A stretch of 60,687 nucleotides of DNA, from positions 1 to 60,687 of the forward strand of contig JBEQBQ010000006.1 in the NCBI GenBank assembly GCA_041639695.1, in the 5' to 3' direction. Position 1 is the first letter of the stretch. The number at the start of each line of letters is the position of its first letter. The translations under genes were made by a program, and so were the position numbers. The DNA is from Candidatus Nanohaloarchaea archaeon. Its GTDB lineage: Archaea > Nanohalarchaeota > Nanosalinia > Nanosalinales > Nanosalinaceae. The notes below the pieces were generated by a model that was not told where the DNA came from, searched no databases, and was given only the letters and a program-made list of their open reading frames with translations. Shown in pieces: positions 38,145 through 47,653 of this stretch.

Positions 38145-38312
38145 ATGGTAGACGTACTTAAGAAGTCTGGCGTCCGTGACGCAGCTGACGGAGTCAACGT
38201 AGGCTCCGATTTCTATGAAGCTCTAGACGACGAGGTAAAGGACCTTGTAGAAAGAGCAGTAGAAAGAGCACAGGAAAACGGACGAAAGACCGTCAAGGCA
38301 AGAGACGTTTAA
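38145..38312 (+). CDS. small archaeal histone-like protein (DUF1931-like, 55 aa)
   Basis: Manual translation MVDVLKKSGVRDAADGVNVGSDFYEALDDEVKDLVERAVERAQENGRKTVKARDV; GGTGATC SD and TATAAAA upstream; T-rich tract downstream. Confidence 0.9.
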   Translation: MVDVLKKSGVRDAADGVNVGSDFYEALDDEVKDLVERAVERAQENGRKTVKARDV

Positions 38313-38382
38313 AATACGTTCTCTAGCTTTCTAATTTCCCAACTGTTTCTTTTTATTTTGATTAAAAAATAAGAATAATTGA

Positions 38383-38598
38383 TTAGAGCTCTTCGCCCCG
38401 TCTCTCGACTTCCTCAAGATACATTTCGATCTCCTGAAGTGCATCTCTAAGTTCCTCCACGGTCTCAATATTCTCTATAGGGAGTCTTCCAAGATCGCCC
38501 TCGTTAATTGTAATTACGGCTTTGCCATCATCGGCCTCAACCTTAAACTCTAGGACGTCGTGAGGCCCTTCCTTGAACTCGTGTAGAATCTCGGTCAT
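38383..38598 (-). CDS. hypothetical protein
   Basis: 71-aa ORF 3 nt after the mutase gene. Confidence 0.6.
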   Translation of the reverse strand: MTEILHEFKEGPHDVLEFKVEADDGKAVITINEGDLGRLPIENIETVEELRDALQEIEMYLEEVERRGEEL

Positions 38599-38601
38599 AA
38601 C

Positions 38602-39936
38602 CTATACAGGTTTCGAGAAGGTTTTATGGTTTCCGGGAACTTTCAAACTGATTTTTTGAAGAAGCTTCTTCATCTTTTCCTTGTTTTTGCCTTCGACTGT
38701 AACCCTTACTATCGGTTCAGAGCCAGAAGATCTTATCTTTGCTTCAAGCTGTTCCTTACGTATTATAACAGTATCTAGTTTCTTCTCTATAGTTCCCTTG
38801 ATATCCATTTTCTCAATCCTTCTTACAGCTTTGTTTTTCTGTTCGGTTTCCAGGTTAGATTTTATTATACGTCTTTTCGGTAATGCTGCTTGCATATTAG
38901 ATAATTTCTTACCTTTTTCAGCTATCAAGCCGGCCATCACTGTTGCAAACAGACTTCCGCTATCATAAGGAACAAATTCTGAGTCCATAAGGTGTCCGTT
39001 CGGTTCTCCGCCGAAAACAACACCTTCATCTGTCAAAATATCTCCTACCTCTACGTAATTTATTCGGTCTCTGCCCACTAATTCTTCGACTAATCCGCTT
39101 GAATTAATCGTTAGAACTATTTTTTCAGACTTATTAAGATATTTCTCAGCAAAGAGCGCTAAAGCATGATCGCCGGGAACATATTCTCCTTTCTCGTTCA
39201 CGAAGACAGCTCTATCTGCATCTCCGTCAGTAGCAACGCCCATATCCGCGTCAGAGTTTTCAACTTTGTTTTTTAGCATTTCTATGTTGTCTTTTCCGGG
39301 TTCCGGAGATCTTCCCGGGAACTGTGGATGTATGTTCTCATTAACAGTTGTGACATCGGCGCCAAGTCTCTGAAGTACTTCAGGTAGGAAGGGTGCAGAT
39401 ACCGAATGCCCGGGGTCCACTACTATGTTCAAACCTTTGAGATCATTCTCAAACAGCTGTCTGTAACGCTTAATGATGCCTTCTATATATTCCTGATCCA
39501 AATCTTTCCGGATTATCTTGCCTTCTCCGGTTTTGTGATCTTTCCGGGAGTAAATACGTTCTAGTTCCTGTTTTTTAGGTCCGTGGAATATTTTTCCGTC
39601 CTCATCGATGGCTTTTAGGCCTCCAAAATTGGGTGGCATGTGGGATGCTGTGATATTTGCTCCGCCTTTGAAGTCTTTTTCTTGTACTAGGTAGGCGATC
39701 ATGTCGGTTGTTGCAATCCCTACGTTAGTTACTTCGCAACCCCCGTCTTTCAGTCCTTCACTCAATTTCTTGTAAAATCTTGGTGATGATTCACGGCCAT
39801 CACGTCCTACAATTATACTTCCGGTGTTGTTGTGGTAGTCTGCGAGCGATCTTCCCAGCCTGTGTACTTTTTCTGTATTTATCTCTTCTGGGACTTTACC
39901 TCTGATGTCGTATCTTTGGAAGAATTTTTCTGTCAT
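38602..39936 (-). CDS. phosphomannomutase/phosphoglucosamine mutase family
   Basis: YDIRG, ITASHMP, DGDADR, GGEPNGH, RSSGSEP. Confidence 0.92.
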   Translation of the reverse strand: MTEKFFQRYDIRGKVPEEINTEKVHRLGRSLADYHNNTGSIIVGRDGRESSPRFYKKLSEGLKDGGCEVTNVGIATTDMIAYLVQEKDFKGGANITASHMPPNFGGLKAIDEDGKIFHGPKKQELERIYSRKDHKTGEGKIIRKDLDQEYIEGIIKRYRQLFENDLKGLNIVVDPGHSVSAPFLPEVLQRLGADVTTVNENIHPQFPGRSPEPGKDNIEMLKNKVENSDADMGVATDGDADRAVFVNEKGEYVPGDHALALFAEKYLNKSEKIVLTINSSGLVEELVGRDRINYVEVGDILTDEGVVFGGEPNGHLMDSEFVPYDSGSLFATVMAGLIAEKGKKLSNMQAALPKRRIIKSNLETEQKNKAVRRIEKMDIKGTIEKKLDTVIIRKEQLEAKIRSSGSEPIVRVTVEGKNKEKMKKLLQKISLKVPGNHKTFSKPV

Positions 39937-39985
39937 TTCGGCATTCCAATACTCAACAGCTGAACATTAAATTCTATGTGTTAAA

Positions 39986-40507
39986 TTACAGATGTTTTCT
40001 GGTATATGTTTCCTTGTTCTCTCTTATTCTATGTATAAGCTGTTTGATATCCATAGAATCTCTCTCGAATAGAATTCCGGGGATGTCCACGCGATGAAGT
40101 TCCTCCTCCGAATCATCAACTAACACATCCATCTCGTGTATGTCCTTAGGCTCTTCCTGGACGATGAAAAAATCGCTGAAATACTTCAAAACCCCTGAAC
40201 TTTCAAGTTTCCTGCGCTGGAACTGAGGATCCCCTCTCGTAACAATAATCTTCTCATGATCCAGCTTATCCAAGAGTTTAACATCGCTGAACAGAAACTT
40301 TTCTGCATTCTCCATCTCTGAGAGAAGAGTCTCAGGTTCAACGCCTAAAATTTCTGCATGTTTTCTGAAATCGTAACCTTGCTCGTTTCTTGCACGCGAA
40401 TAGGTCTCGGAAAAACGGGAGAAGCGGCTTTCAAGCTCCTGTTTGAAAGCATCTGTATCAAACAACACCCGGTCAAAATCAACGCCAATCCTCAAAGAGT
40501 TCACCAT
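39986..40507 (-). CDS. HAD-superfamily hydrolase
   Basis: VDFDRVLFDT motif I, VTRGD...Q..K, LVDD motif IV. Confidence 0.8.
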   Translation of the reverse strand: MVNSLRIGVDFDRVLFDTDAFKQELESRFSRFSETYSRARNEQGYDFRKHAEILGVEPETLLSEMENAEKFLFSDVKLLDKLDHEKIIVTRGDPQFQRRKLESSGVLKYFSDFFIVQEEPKDIHEMDVLVDDSEEELHRVDIPGILFERDSMDIKQLIHRIRENKETYTRKHL

Positions 40508-41699
40508 CCTTCAAAAGAGTTCCCTCCGGGATGTTGCCAGTCACTTTTTCGTTGCTGTCGGTAGCTGCTTTGAAACCTATCTTCCTGCCAGGCTTCACAG
40601 TCGAGTTAACACCAACTTTTGCCTGAGAAGCTACTATTCCCCCAAGTTTTGTTCTGCCGGTATCGTACATCTCTTCTTTCACTTCCATCTTCACGTTCTT
40701 AGGGTCATTCCTAAGGTTTGCTGTCTTAGAGCCTGCACCAAGGTTAACTTTTTGTCCGATGTAAGAATCGCCTACATAGTTGAAATGGGGGATGCTGGTT
40801 TTCTTTCTTATTATAGAGTTCTTTACCTCGGATTTCCCTATCTCAACACCTTGATGAAGTACTGTATTAGGTCTGATGTAGCTGTCCGGTCCAACTTCGC
40901 AATCCGACTTAATTATCGCAGGGCCCTCAATTATCGATTGTGGACCTACTCTGGCGTCCTCCTCCACAATTACCTGTCCCTTGATCTCAGCTGAATCAGC
41001 TATCTCTCCTTCAAGCTTGGTTTCTTCTACCTGTTCAGGCATAAGCACTTCGTTGGCGTCGATCAACTGCCATGGATAGCTGCAGGGAAGCCATCTGTCC
41101 GCCTCAACGTATTCAACCTCTTCCATGCTAATATACTGGTTCAGTGCGTCGGTGATCTCATATTCGCCTCGTTCCGATTTCTCTACCTTCTCTAGAAGCT
41201 CAAAGAACTTTTCCTCAACCATATAACAACCTATGTTTACCTTATCGGACTTGGGGTTCTCCGGCTTTTCCTCAACATCTACTATCTCGCCGTCCTCTGT
41301 CTCAAATACTCCAAAGTTTTCAGGTTTCTCTGCCCTTTTTGCAAGGATAGCTGAACCGTTATCTAAAACATCCTTAACTGACTTCCCGTATATGTCATCG
41401 CCGTTCAAGATCAGTGTTTTCCCTTCCACAACCTCTTTGGCTTGAAACGCTGCATCGGCGGTTCCCCGGGCCTTTTCCTGTTCAACTATGGTTATATTAC
41501 TGTTTTCTCCGTAACGGTCTTCGAACTCTTCAATCATGTAACCGGCTACGATCACTATCTCATCGACTTTGTCTTTCACCAGGTCGATATTGTGCTGGAT
41601 GATGGGTTTGCCTGCTACAGGTAGAAGAGGTTTTGGAGTGTCGCGGGTAAGAGGCCTCATCCGTGTTCCCTCTCCCGCTGCCAGTATAACGGCCTTCAT
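40479..41699 (-). CDS. glmU: bifunctional sugar-1-phosphate nucleotidylyltransferase/acetyltransferase (GlmU-like)
   Basis: ILAAGEGTRMRPLT..PKPLL, EKP, RGEYEITD, hexapeptide repeats, HFNYVGDS, NLGAG. Confidence 0.9.
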   Translation of the reverse strand: MKAVILAAGEGTRMRPLTRDTPKPLLPVAGKPIIQHNIDLVKDKVDEIVIVAGYMIEEFEDRYGENSNITIVEQEKARGTADAAFQAKEVVEGKTLILNGDDIYGKSVKDVLDNGSAILAKRAEKPENFGVFETEDGEIVDVEEKPENPKSDKVNIGCYMVEEKFFELLEKVEKSERGEYEITDALNQYISMEEVEYVEADRWLPCSYPWQLIDANEVLMPEQVEETKLEGEIADSAEIKGQVIVEEDARVGPQSIIEGPAIIKSDCEVGPDSYIRPNTVLHQGVEIGKSEVKNSIIRKKTSIPHFNYVGDSYIGQKVNLGAGSKTANLRNDPKNVKMEVKEEMYDTGRTKLGGIVASQAKVGVNSTVKPGRKIGFKAATDSNEKVTGNIPEGTLLKDGELFEDWR

Positions 41700-41747
41700 T
41701 AAGATAGGATAAACAGGAGAACTTCTTTATGAGTTAAGGTTTGTGCG

Positions 41748-42848
41748 CTATTTGCTGATTTCTGATAGATCTGTTCTTGCATCAGGCACAAATTTTATAC
41801 CGTAAATAGAGTTGTTGACCTCGACAAAGCTTCTAGGCCCTATGAAAGACTCCCTGATAGAGGTATTGGATTTTATATCTGATTCCTCCCCTATAACTGA
41901 TTGTTCTATAACTGTTGAAGGGTCAACGATATTTTCTTCGAAAATTAGCGAAGATTCAATATTGCATGAACGAAGCTGGCTACCTCTTGAAACTGTCGAA
42001 TCTGAAACAACAGTATTAGGACCCACAATTGCGTTCTCTCCTATGAAACAGTTTCCTTCAAGAACTGTTCCTGGCTTCAGTTCTGCATCTTTCTCGATTA
42101 CGGCATCGCCCATAACCTCAACGTTTTCATGGACTTCAGCATCGTCGCTTATCTCTGTCTCCTCTATTTCCTCGTTCCGCATAATCCGGTCTGCCTCCCA
42201 CAGTTTTCTTGGAGAGCCAATATCGATCCAGTAGTGCTCCGCCAGTTCGAAACGCGCGTTACCCTTATCTACAATTTTTTCCACGGCATCCGTCAAGTTT
42301 TTCCCGTTTTCCATATCAGCTAGAACATCGAATACGGAAGGTTTGAACGCGTAAATCCCGGTATTGACCAGAGTGTTTTCAGGTTCTTCCGGTTTCTCCG
42401 CAATCGAGTCAATCCTGTCGTTGGTAATGCTTAGAACTCCGAACTTTCTAGGACTGGAGCTGTCATTTCCAAGCACAGTAACCTCGGAACCTGAACTTTC
42501 GTGTTTCTCAATAAGTTTCTCAAGATTCTTTTCAGATGTTGCGACATCGCCATTTACTACGAGAAAATCGTCTTCAATAAAACTGCACTGATTTACTGCA
42601 GATCCTGTGCCTTCAACTTGTTCCTGAGTCACGATATTTACATCTGTGAACTCTTCGAACTCGTTCCTGAACATTTCCTCCCGGTAGTTGGTAACCAGAA
42701 ATATGTCGTTTACTCCTGCTGACTTCAGTTTCCTCACAAGATGTTTGACTAACGGTTGACCCATTACTGGCATGAGACCTGTAGGTTTCGATTCAATTAA
42801 CGGGAACAAGGACTCTTCTTTCTTTGCGCACGGGATAACTGCTTTCAT
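41748..42848 (-). CDS. sugar-phosphate nucleotidyltransferase paralog with degenerate active-site loop
   Basis: NTase fold (VNGD, EKP, NTGIY, WIDIG) plus hexapeptide tail, but CAKKEESL replaces AAGxGTR. Confidence 0.8.
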   Translation of the reverse strand: MKAVIPCAKKEESLFPLIESKPTGLMPVMGQPLVKHLVRKLKSAGVNDIFLVTNYREEMFRNEFEEFTDVNIVTQEQVEGTGSAVNQCSFIEDDFLVVNGDVATSEKNLEKLIEKHESSGSEVTVLGNDSSSPRKFGVLSITNDRIDSIAEKPEEPENTLVNTGIYAFKPSVFDVLADMENGKNLTDAVEKIVDKGNARFELAEHYWIDIGSPRKLWEADRIMRNEEIEETEISDDAEVHENVEVMGDAVIEKDAELKPGTVLEGNCFIGENAIVGPNTVVSDSTVSRGSQLRSCNIESSLIFEENIVDPSTVIEQSVIGEESDIKSNTSIRESFIGPRSFVEVNNSIYGIKFVPDARTDLSEISK

Positions 42849-44095
42849 CCTGCCAAAGTCTCAGAACCTTCAGCTTCAATAAGCTTTCCATCCTCTACAA
42901 CCATGGACTTCAGTTTCTTGTTCGCTTCCTTAACTTTATCCATGTAGTCTCCGTTTACATGTTCTTTTACATCGAAGACAGCCTCCATAAAGACATTTGT
43001 TTCTTTTTCTACGTCTTCAGGCTCTCTCTTCCCGGCTGCTTCAAGTACTGCCTTCTCTAGAACCCTATATAGCTGGTCGTGCATGAAGTAGTCTGTCTCA
43101 ATTTCCTCGCCTGTCTCGAGGTCGTAAAGCTTGTTATGCAGTAGATCGCCGGCCAGTTCTCTATCACCTTCAACTACGACCAGCCTTGCCTCCTCATCAA
43201 CGTATGCAGTGTCATCTAAGTGAGAGAAACCTCTTTCAAAAGGCCTGTGGCCTGTTTTCTCTTCGATTCTTTTGGCTTCCAGAAGAAGTTCCTGGCTCAA
43301 CCCGAACCAGCTTGAATGCATCTCAACTTTACACTGGTTTGAGTTGAAGGTTGCTTTGGTCATCGCTGTAGCCGTCTCTTCATCAATATATTCGGTTCGG
43401 CCGCCATGAATCGACATTAACTTGTCCGAACATATCTTCACAGGCATCAGATATTCTGTCTCCACATTATCTAAGTCCATGGAGATGCTGCCAGCATTTT
43501 TCTCAAGGAAATCTAGTATATAGGCTTCGTGCACCATTTTGTCGAGTACGTCACCGCCTTTCACGCCTGCACGTTTGACAGGTTCGAGAGCTTTTTCAAC
43601 TCCTACAGAGCTTTCTCTGTATGTCCTGATTTCCTCAACGTTTTTCGTAATATCCAGCATCTTCTTGACTACGGGACTTTCTCTCTCAATAAAGTCTGTC
43701 TTCCACATCAGTCTCTCGTTCTGCGCAAGTCTCTTCTCCTCTAGATGTTGTTCTCTAGTGAGTGAGGCAGGTTTTTCAGCTAGATGGAAGAAACCGTGTC
43801 TTATCGACTCCATAACGTGTTCGGGATGTGTCTCGGTAGGCCCCGAGTCATATATCATAACGTTTTCGTGGTTTTCGGCCTCCCTGTACATCTCCTCAGG
43901 TTCCTGAAATGTCTGTATCTCAAGTCCGTTAGCTTCAGCGAACTTTTCCGCCTTCTCAAGCCTCTCGAAGTCAGTATCGCATACCGCCTCGAGTTCCACA
44001 TCGACGCCCTCATAGTTTCTTGTCATCCTTACCAGTTTCTCGAAGCCGTAACGACCGAAACTTCCGACACCGATCTGGAATATTTTGAGCTTCAT
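42845..44095 (-). CDS. Gfo/Idh/MocA-family oxidoreductase
   Basis: IGVGSFG, AVCDTD, EKP, GGDVLDKMVH; ATG at 44095. Confidence 0.8.
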   Translation of the reverse strand: MKLKIFQIGVGSFGRYGFEKLVRMTRNYEGVDVELEAVCDTDFERLEKAEKFAEANGLEIQTFQEPEEMYREAENHENVMIYDSGPTETHPEHVMESIRHGFFHLAEKPASLTREQHLEEKRLAQNERLMWKTDFIERESPVVKKMLDITKNVEEIRTYRESSVGVEKALEPVKRAGVKGGDVLDKMVHEAYILDFLEKNAGSISMDLDNVETEYLMPVKICSDKLMSIHGGRTEYIDEETATAMTKATFNSNQCKVEMHSSWFGLSQELLLEAKRIEEKTGHRPFERGFSHLDDTAYVDEEARLVVVEGDRELAGDLLHNKLYDLETGEEIETDYFMHDQLYRVLEKAVLEAAGKREPEDVEKETNVFMEAVFDVKEHVNGDYMDKVKEANKKLKSMVVEDGKLIEAEGSETLAG

Positions 44096-44231
44096 AGTTG
44101 AGGATGGCCTTTCCTCGTATAAAAACAGGGGCTGTGTTAACCCTCTGTGTGGAGCCCTAGATTTTGATACTTCTAGGTACAAAAATAGATTTAAGGTTTC
44201 CGTTAACTACTACTTGGAGAGGGGGAGGAAA

Positions 44232-44561
44232 TTGAGCACTCAGACGCCAGATGCAAACTCATATGAAATAGAAGGTTATGACGAAAAAGAGATAGTCTCG
44301 ATTAGAATTGATGAGGACGATCTTCAAACTGTAGACAGGATGATTGAAGACGGGATTTTCGATACCCGGACAGAAGCAATCTGTTACTCTCTTGAGCATC
44401 ATTTAAGCCCTAGATCGGCTGAAACGGACTATGAAATGCTTGAAGAGAAGGGTTACGAAGCGATGAACCGGCTTGAAGAAAAAGGCATGGAGGACACGGA
44501 GATGTACTTCCACCTGGGAAAACACCTGGGCATGATCGAGGTTCTCAGCCAGTTAGACTAG
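44232..44561 (+). CDS. RHH-domain protein
   Basis: VSIRIDEDDLQTVDRMIEDGIFDTRTEAI; probable TTG start after GGAGG. Confidence 0.65.
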   Translation: MSTQTPDANSYEIEGYDEKEIVSIRIDEDDLQTVDRMIEDGIFDTRTEAICYSLEHHLSPRSAETDYEMLEEKGYEAMNRLEEKGMEDTEMYFHLGKHLGMIEVLSQLD

Positions 44562-44634
44562 GAGCGAGGCTGTATTTACGGCTACCCTATTTAAAACTTA
44601 ACTTCCAGCGTTTCTACAAGAGGTTTTCAAAACA

Positions 44635-45156
44635 ATGGGAGATAGACCTGCACGAATCTACAGGGAGCATCCTGGCCAGCCATACACCAGGAAGTCACAG
44701 CAAGGAAAAGATAACTACATCAAGGGAGCTCCAGCTCCAAGAGTAACTCAGTACGAACAGGGCGCCAAGAAGAAGGAGTTCGAGAAAAAAGTCGTTCTCA
44801 GAATCGGAGAGGACTGCAACGTAAGATCAGAGGCACTTGAAGCCGGAAGAGTTGCAGCCAACTCACACCTGTCAAAGGTAATGGATCCTGAAGAGGACTA
44901 CTTCCTCCAGATCAGACCTTACCCACACCACGTCCTCAGATACCACCCACTAGCTGGTGTAGCACAGGCAGACCGTTACTACGAAGGTATGCGTAAGCCT
45001 TTCGGACGACCGATCGGAAGAGCCGCAATCGTTGACGACGACCAGATCATCTACGAGATCAACGTCGATCAGGGCGATGTCCAGGAAGCCAAGAAGGCTC
45101 TTGAGAGAGCGAACCACAAGATGCCGGTACCTTGCAGGGTACTGGTAGAGGAATAA
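44635..45156 (+). CDS. rpl10e: 50S ribosomal protein uL16 (L10e)
   Basis: RPARIYR, EALEAGRVAAN, RPYPHHVLR, ADRYYEGMRKPFGRPIG. Confidence 0.97.
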   Translation: MGDRPARIYREHPGQPYTRKSQQGKDNYIKGAPAPRVTQYEQGAKKKEFEKKVVLRIGEDCNVRSEALEAGRVAANSHLSKVMDPEEDYFLQIRPYPHHVLRYHPLAGVAQADRYYEGMRKPFGRPIGRAAIVDDDQIIYEINVDQGDVQEAKKALERANHKMPVPCRVLVEE

Positions 45157-45260
45157 ATTTTCTCACCCTCCACTTTATTTTGTCTAACTAGTTTTTCCTG
45201 TTGAGGTTCTTTACCACTAAAAACCTAACCTTTAAATAGTTGCAACTATAACATAACAAC

Positions 45261-45980
45261 ATGAAAGACAATACTTACACTGAAGATATTCGAGATTTCG
45301 GGAAGGGTCTCGGAAAAGATCTTAAGGAGGAGGCGCACTATCAATCTGAAAGACTAGATACTGATACAGGCAGAGTTGCAGAGAAGCTCCTTGACCCCAA
45401 GACAGGCATAGCTGTGGCAGCAGGAACTGCTGCAGGAGGAATTCTATCAGGGAATAATGCACTGTTTGAACTAGGTGGGGTTGCTGCTACCTCACAGGTA
45501 GGCGCAAACATTCTTTCTATGGATGAAACAGGTGAAAACCTGGCAGAAAGAGCACGCGATTTGAGAGGTTATCAGGGAGATTCCGAGACAGCCGCCTATC
45601 TAGACCATTCAGGTATCGGAGTTACCAGAGTTGATGGAGACTCTACAGGAGACCTGCAGAATGCCGGAGTTAAAAATGGATTCCAGTCCTGGTACGATGG
45701 AGGGATCGAATCCGGACTCGAGTTTACAGGAGATACAGTCCTCTTTGAAGATGGAGGCGATATACTGGGAGTATATGGAGTTGAGAATGAGGGAAAGTGC
45801 CTTGAAGTCGATGAAAGTGCTGAAGCTTTCAGGATAAGTGATTATTCCGGTCAGAACACTGCAGCTGTCACAGTCGATGATGAAATCGATTCGGGAACTT
45901 ACTCTGCTGATGAACTCTACGATTCAGCAAGAGAAGTCTCGGCTGATATGAATGAGGTATCAGGCGTAGTAGAATTCTAA
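45261..45980 (+). CDS. hypothetical protein with Gly/Ala-rich hydrophobic hairpin
   Basis: 239-aa ORF with TATA box upstream. Confidence 0.65.
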   Translation: MKDNTYTEDIRDFGKGLGKDLKEEAHYQSERLDTDTGRVAEKLLDPKTGIAVAAGTAAGGILSGNNALFELGGVAATSQVGANILSMDETGENLAERARDLRGYQGDSETAAYLDHSGIGVTRVDGDSTGDLQNAGVKNGFQSWYDGGIESGLEFTGDTVLFEDGGDILGVYGVENEGKCLEVDESAEAFRISDYSGQNTAAVTVDDEIDSGTYSADELYDSAREVSADMNEVSGVVEF

Positions 45981-46058
45981 TTCTTTCTCCTATTTTCTCT
46001 AGTTTGTTGCCTTTTCATTCCCTCAGTTATTAATTTGTGAAGTTTCCAGTAAATAGTA

Positions 46059-47627
46059 ATGGTAGAGTGGAAAGGAAAACTCGAAGGTAATGTTGGAGAG
46101 AAAGCATCACTTCTCGATAGAATTGATTCGTTCCCGGTACCCAACTTTTTTGTCATAACTCCGGACGAAGTATCACAGCTCTTCAAAAATGTTAGAGATC
46201 ATGAACGCGTACTGAACGCTCAAGTCAAAGGAGAGGCAAAAAACGATATTAAAGATGCGTATGAAGACATCGGAATGAGCTCAGAAGTCCGTACTGCTGC
46301 AGGACGGGCTAAAAACCTTGTTGGAGGTCAGAGAAACAACCAACTAGTGTCTATAAGAATTTCTGGTAGAGGCCAGTACGAATACAGACTGAATGTTGGC
46401 TCTTCAAACCTCTTCCGCTCTATAAAAGAAGTCGCTGCATCTTACTACGAAGAAAACGATGATGACCCGGCAATTATAGTACAGAAAATGGTGGAAGCCG
46501 ACTACTCCGGTGCAGCAATAGATTCCAACAGGAGAAGCATCCTTGAAGTTGTAGAAGGCCTTGGAAAATCCCTGGAGGAAGGGATCTCAACACCTCACAT
46601 CTACATGCTGGAGAGAAATGAGATAATAGAGAAGAGAAAGGCGGAAAGACAGCTTAAAGTCACTAGAAATCCGATTAATGGCGATGAGAAAAGGAAGAAT
46701 ACTGAACCGCGAAGCATGCCGTTCTCCGATCAAGAGGTTGAGGATCTGTTCGAAAAAATTTCAAGCTCAGGGATGAATCTCAAGTTCGCCTACAAGAGAG
46801 GGGACTTTCACATAGTTGACGTCTGGAGAGACAATCCGGAGATAGCCCAGAACGGCTTAAACGGTTTGAGGGTTTCAGAAGGAGAAATTAAAGGCCAGGT
46901 GGGTAGGGAGGTCGAGTTTTCGGACGCTACAATATCTCCAGAGCAGTACAATCAGGCTTTGATTTCGCGTAAAGGCGGTTACAGTTCCCGTGACGCAGAG
47001 AAAGCCCGTGAAACAGGTAAACCCGCTATTTTCAGCTTTGAAGGCGAATTGGAGAACGGACAGCAAATCGAGATAACTGAGAACTCCGTAGATGTTAACG
47101 AAGACAAAGGATCGAAACTTCAGGATATCAATCCCTTCAGCTCGAAGAAATCTGGCCAGGAAAAAGATGAACGCCCTCAGAGAGAACAGCAGACCGGTGA
47201 ACAAGTACAGAAGAAGGTAGGGATTAATGCAACAGAAGTGTTGCCGGTAAACCCTTCCCGGGGCAAAGGATTACATCTCTCTCCACCTTACGGCGAAGGA
47301 TATACACTGGGAAGCTCAGGTAAGCGAAATGTGGAAAGACAAGGATATATCAACAGTTACCGCGAACTATTCGTGTTTGAAGGCGAAAGACTAATCTTCG
47401 ATATCAGAGGTCTTGAACCTGAGGGATTAGAAAAAGCGTTAGATTATGCCGAGGCAGATCTAAAGATTCTTGTTGTCGAAGACCCTTCGAACAGTTTACT
47501 TAGGAAATCGGTTGAGAAAGGTTTCGATGTGATAGCGGCGGATGGAAGATCTCTTGATTCCTTGAAAAGTAAAGTAGCAAAGGTGGAGAAAAAGTTCATA
47601 CTCGACCGGCTACGTGATCTGGACTAA
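46059..47627 (+). CDS. degenerate PEP synthase (PpsA)-like protein
   Basis: VGEKAS...PVPNFFVIT, IIVQKMV..DYSG, GLGKSL..G, KGGYSSRDAEKARE.GKPAI (phospho-His absent). Confidence 0.75.
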   Translation: MVEWKGKLEGNVGEKASLLDRIDSFPVPNFFVITPDEVSQLFKNVRDHERVLNAQVKGEAKNDIKDAYEDIGMSSEVRTAAGRAKNLVGGQRNNQLVSIRISGRGQYEYRLNVGSSNLFRSIKEVAASYYEENDDDPAIIVQKMVEADYSGAAIDSNRRSILEVVEGLGKSLEEGISTPHIYMLERNEIIEKRKAERQLKVTRNPINGDEKRKNTEPRSMPFSDQEVEDLFEKISSSGMNLKFAYKRGDFHIVDVWRDNPEIAQNGLNGLRVSEGEIKGQVGREVEFSDATISPEQYNQALISRKGGYSSRDAEKARETGKPAIFSFEGELENGQQIEITENSVDVNEDKGSKLQDINPFSSKKSGQEKDERPQREQQTGEQVQKKVGINATEVLPVNPSRGKGLHLSPPYGEGYTLGSSGKRNVERQGYINSYRELFVFEGERLIFDIRGLEPEGLEKALDYAEADLKILVVEDPSNSLLRKSVEKGFDVIAADGRSLDSLKSKVAKVEKKFILDRLRDLD

Positions 47628-47653
47628 AAAAGATTCCGCACCAACCTAATCCT

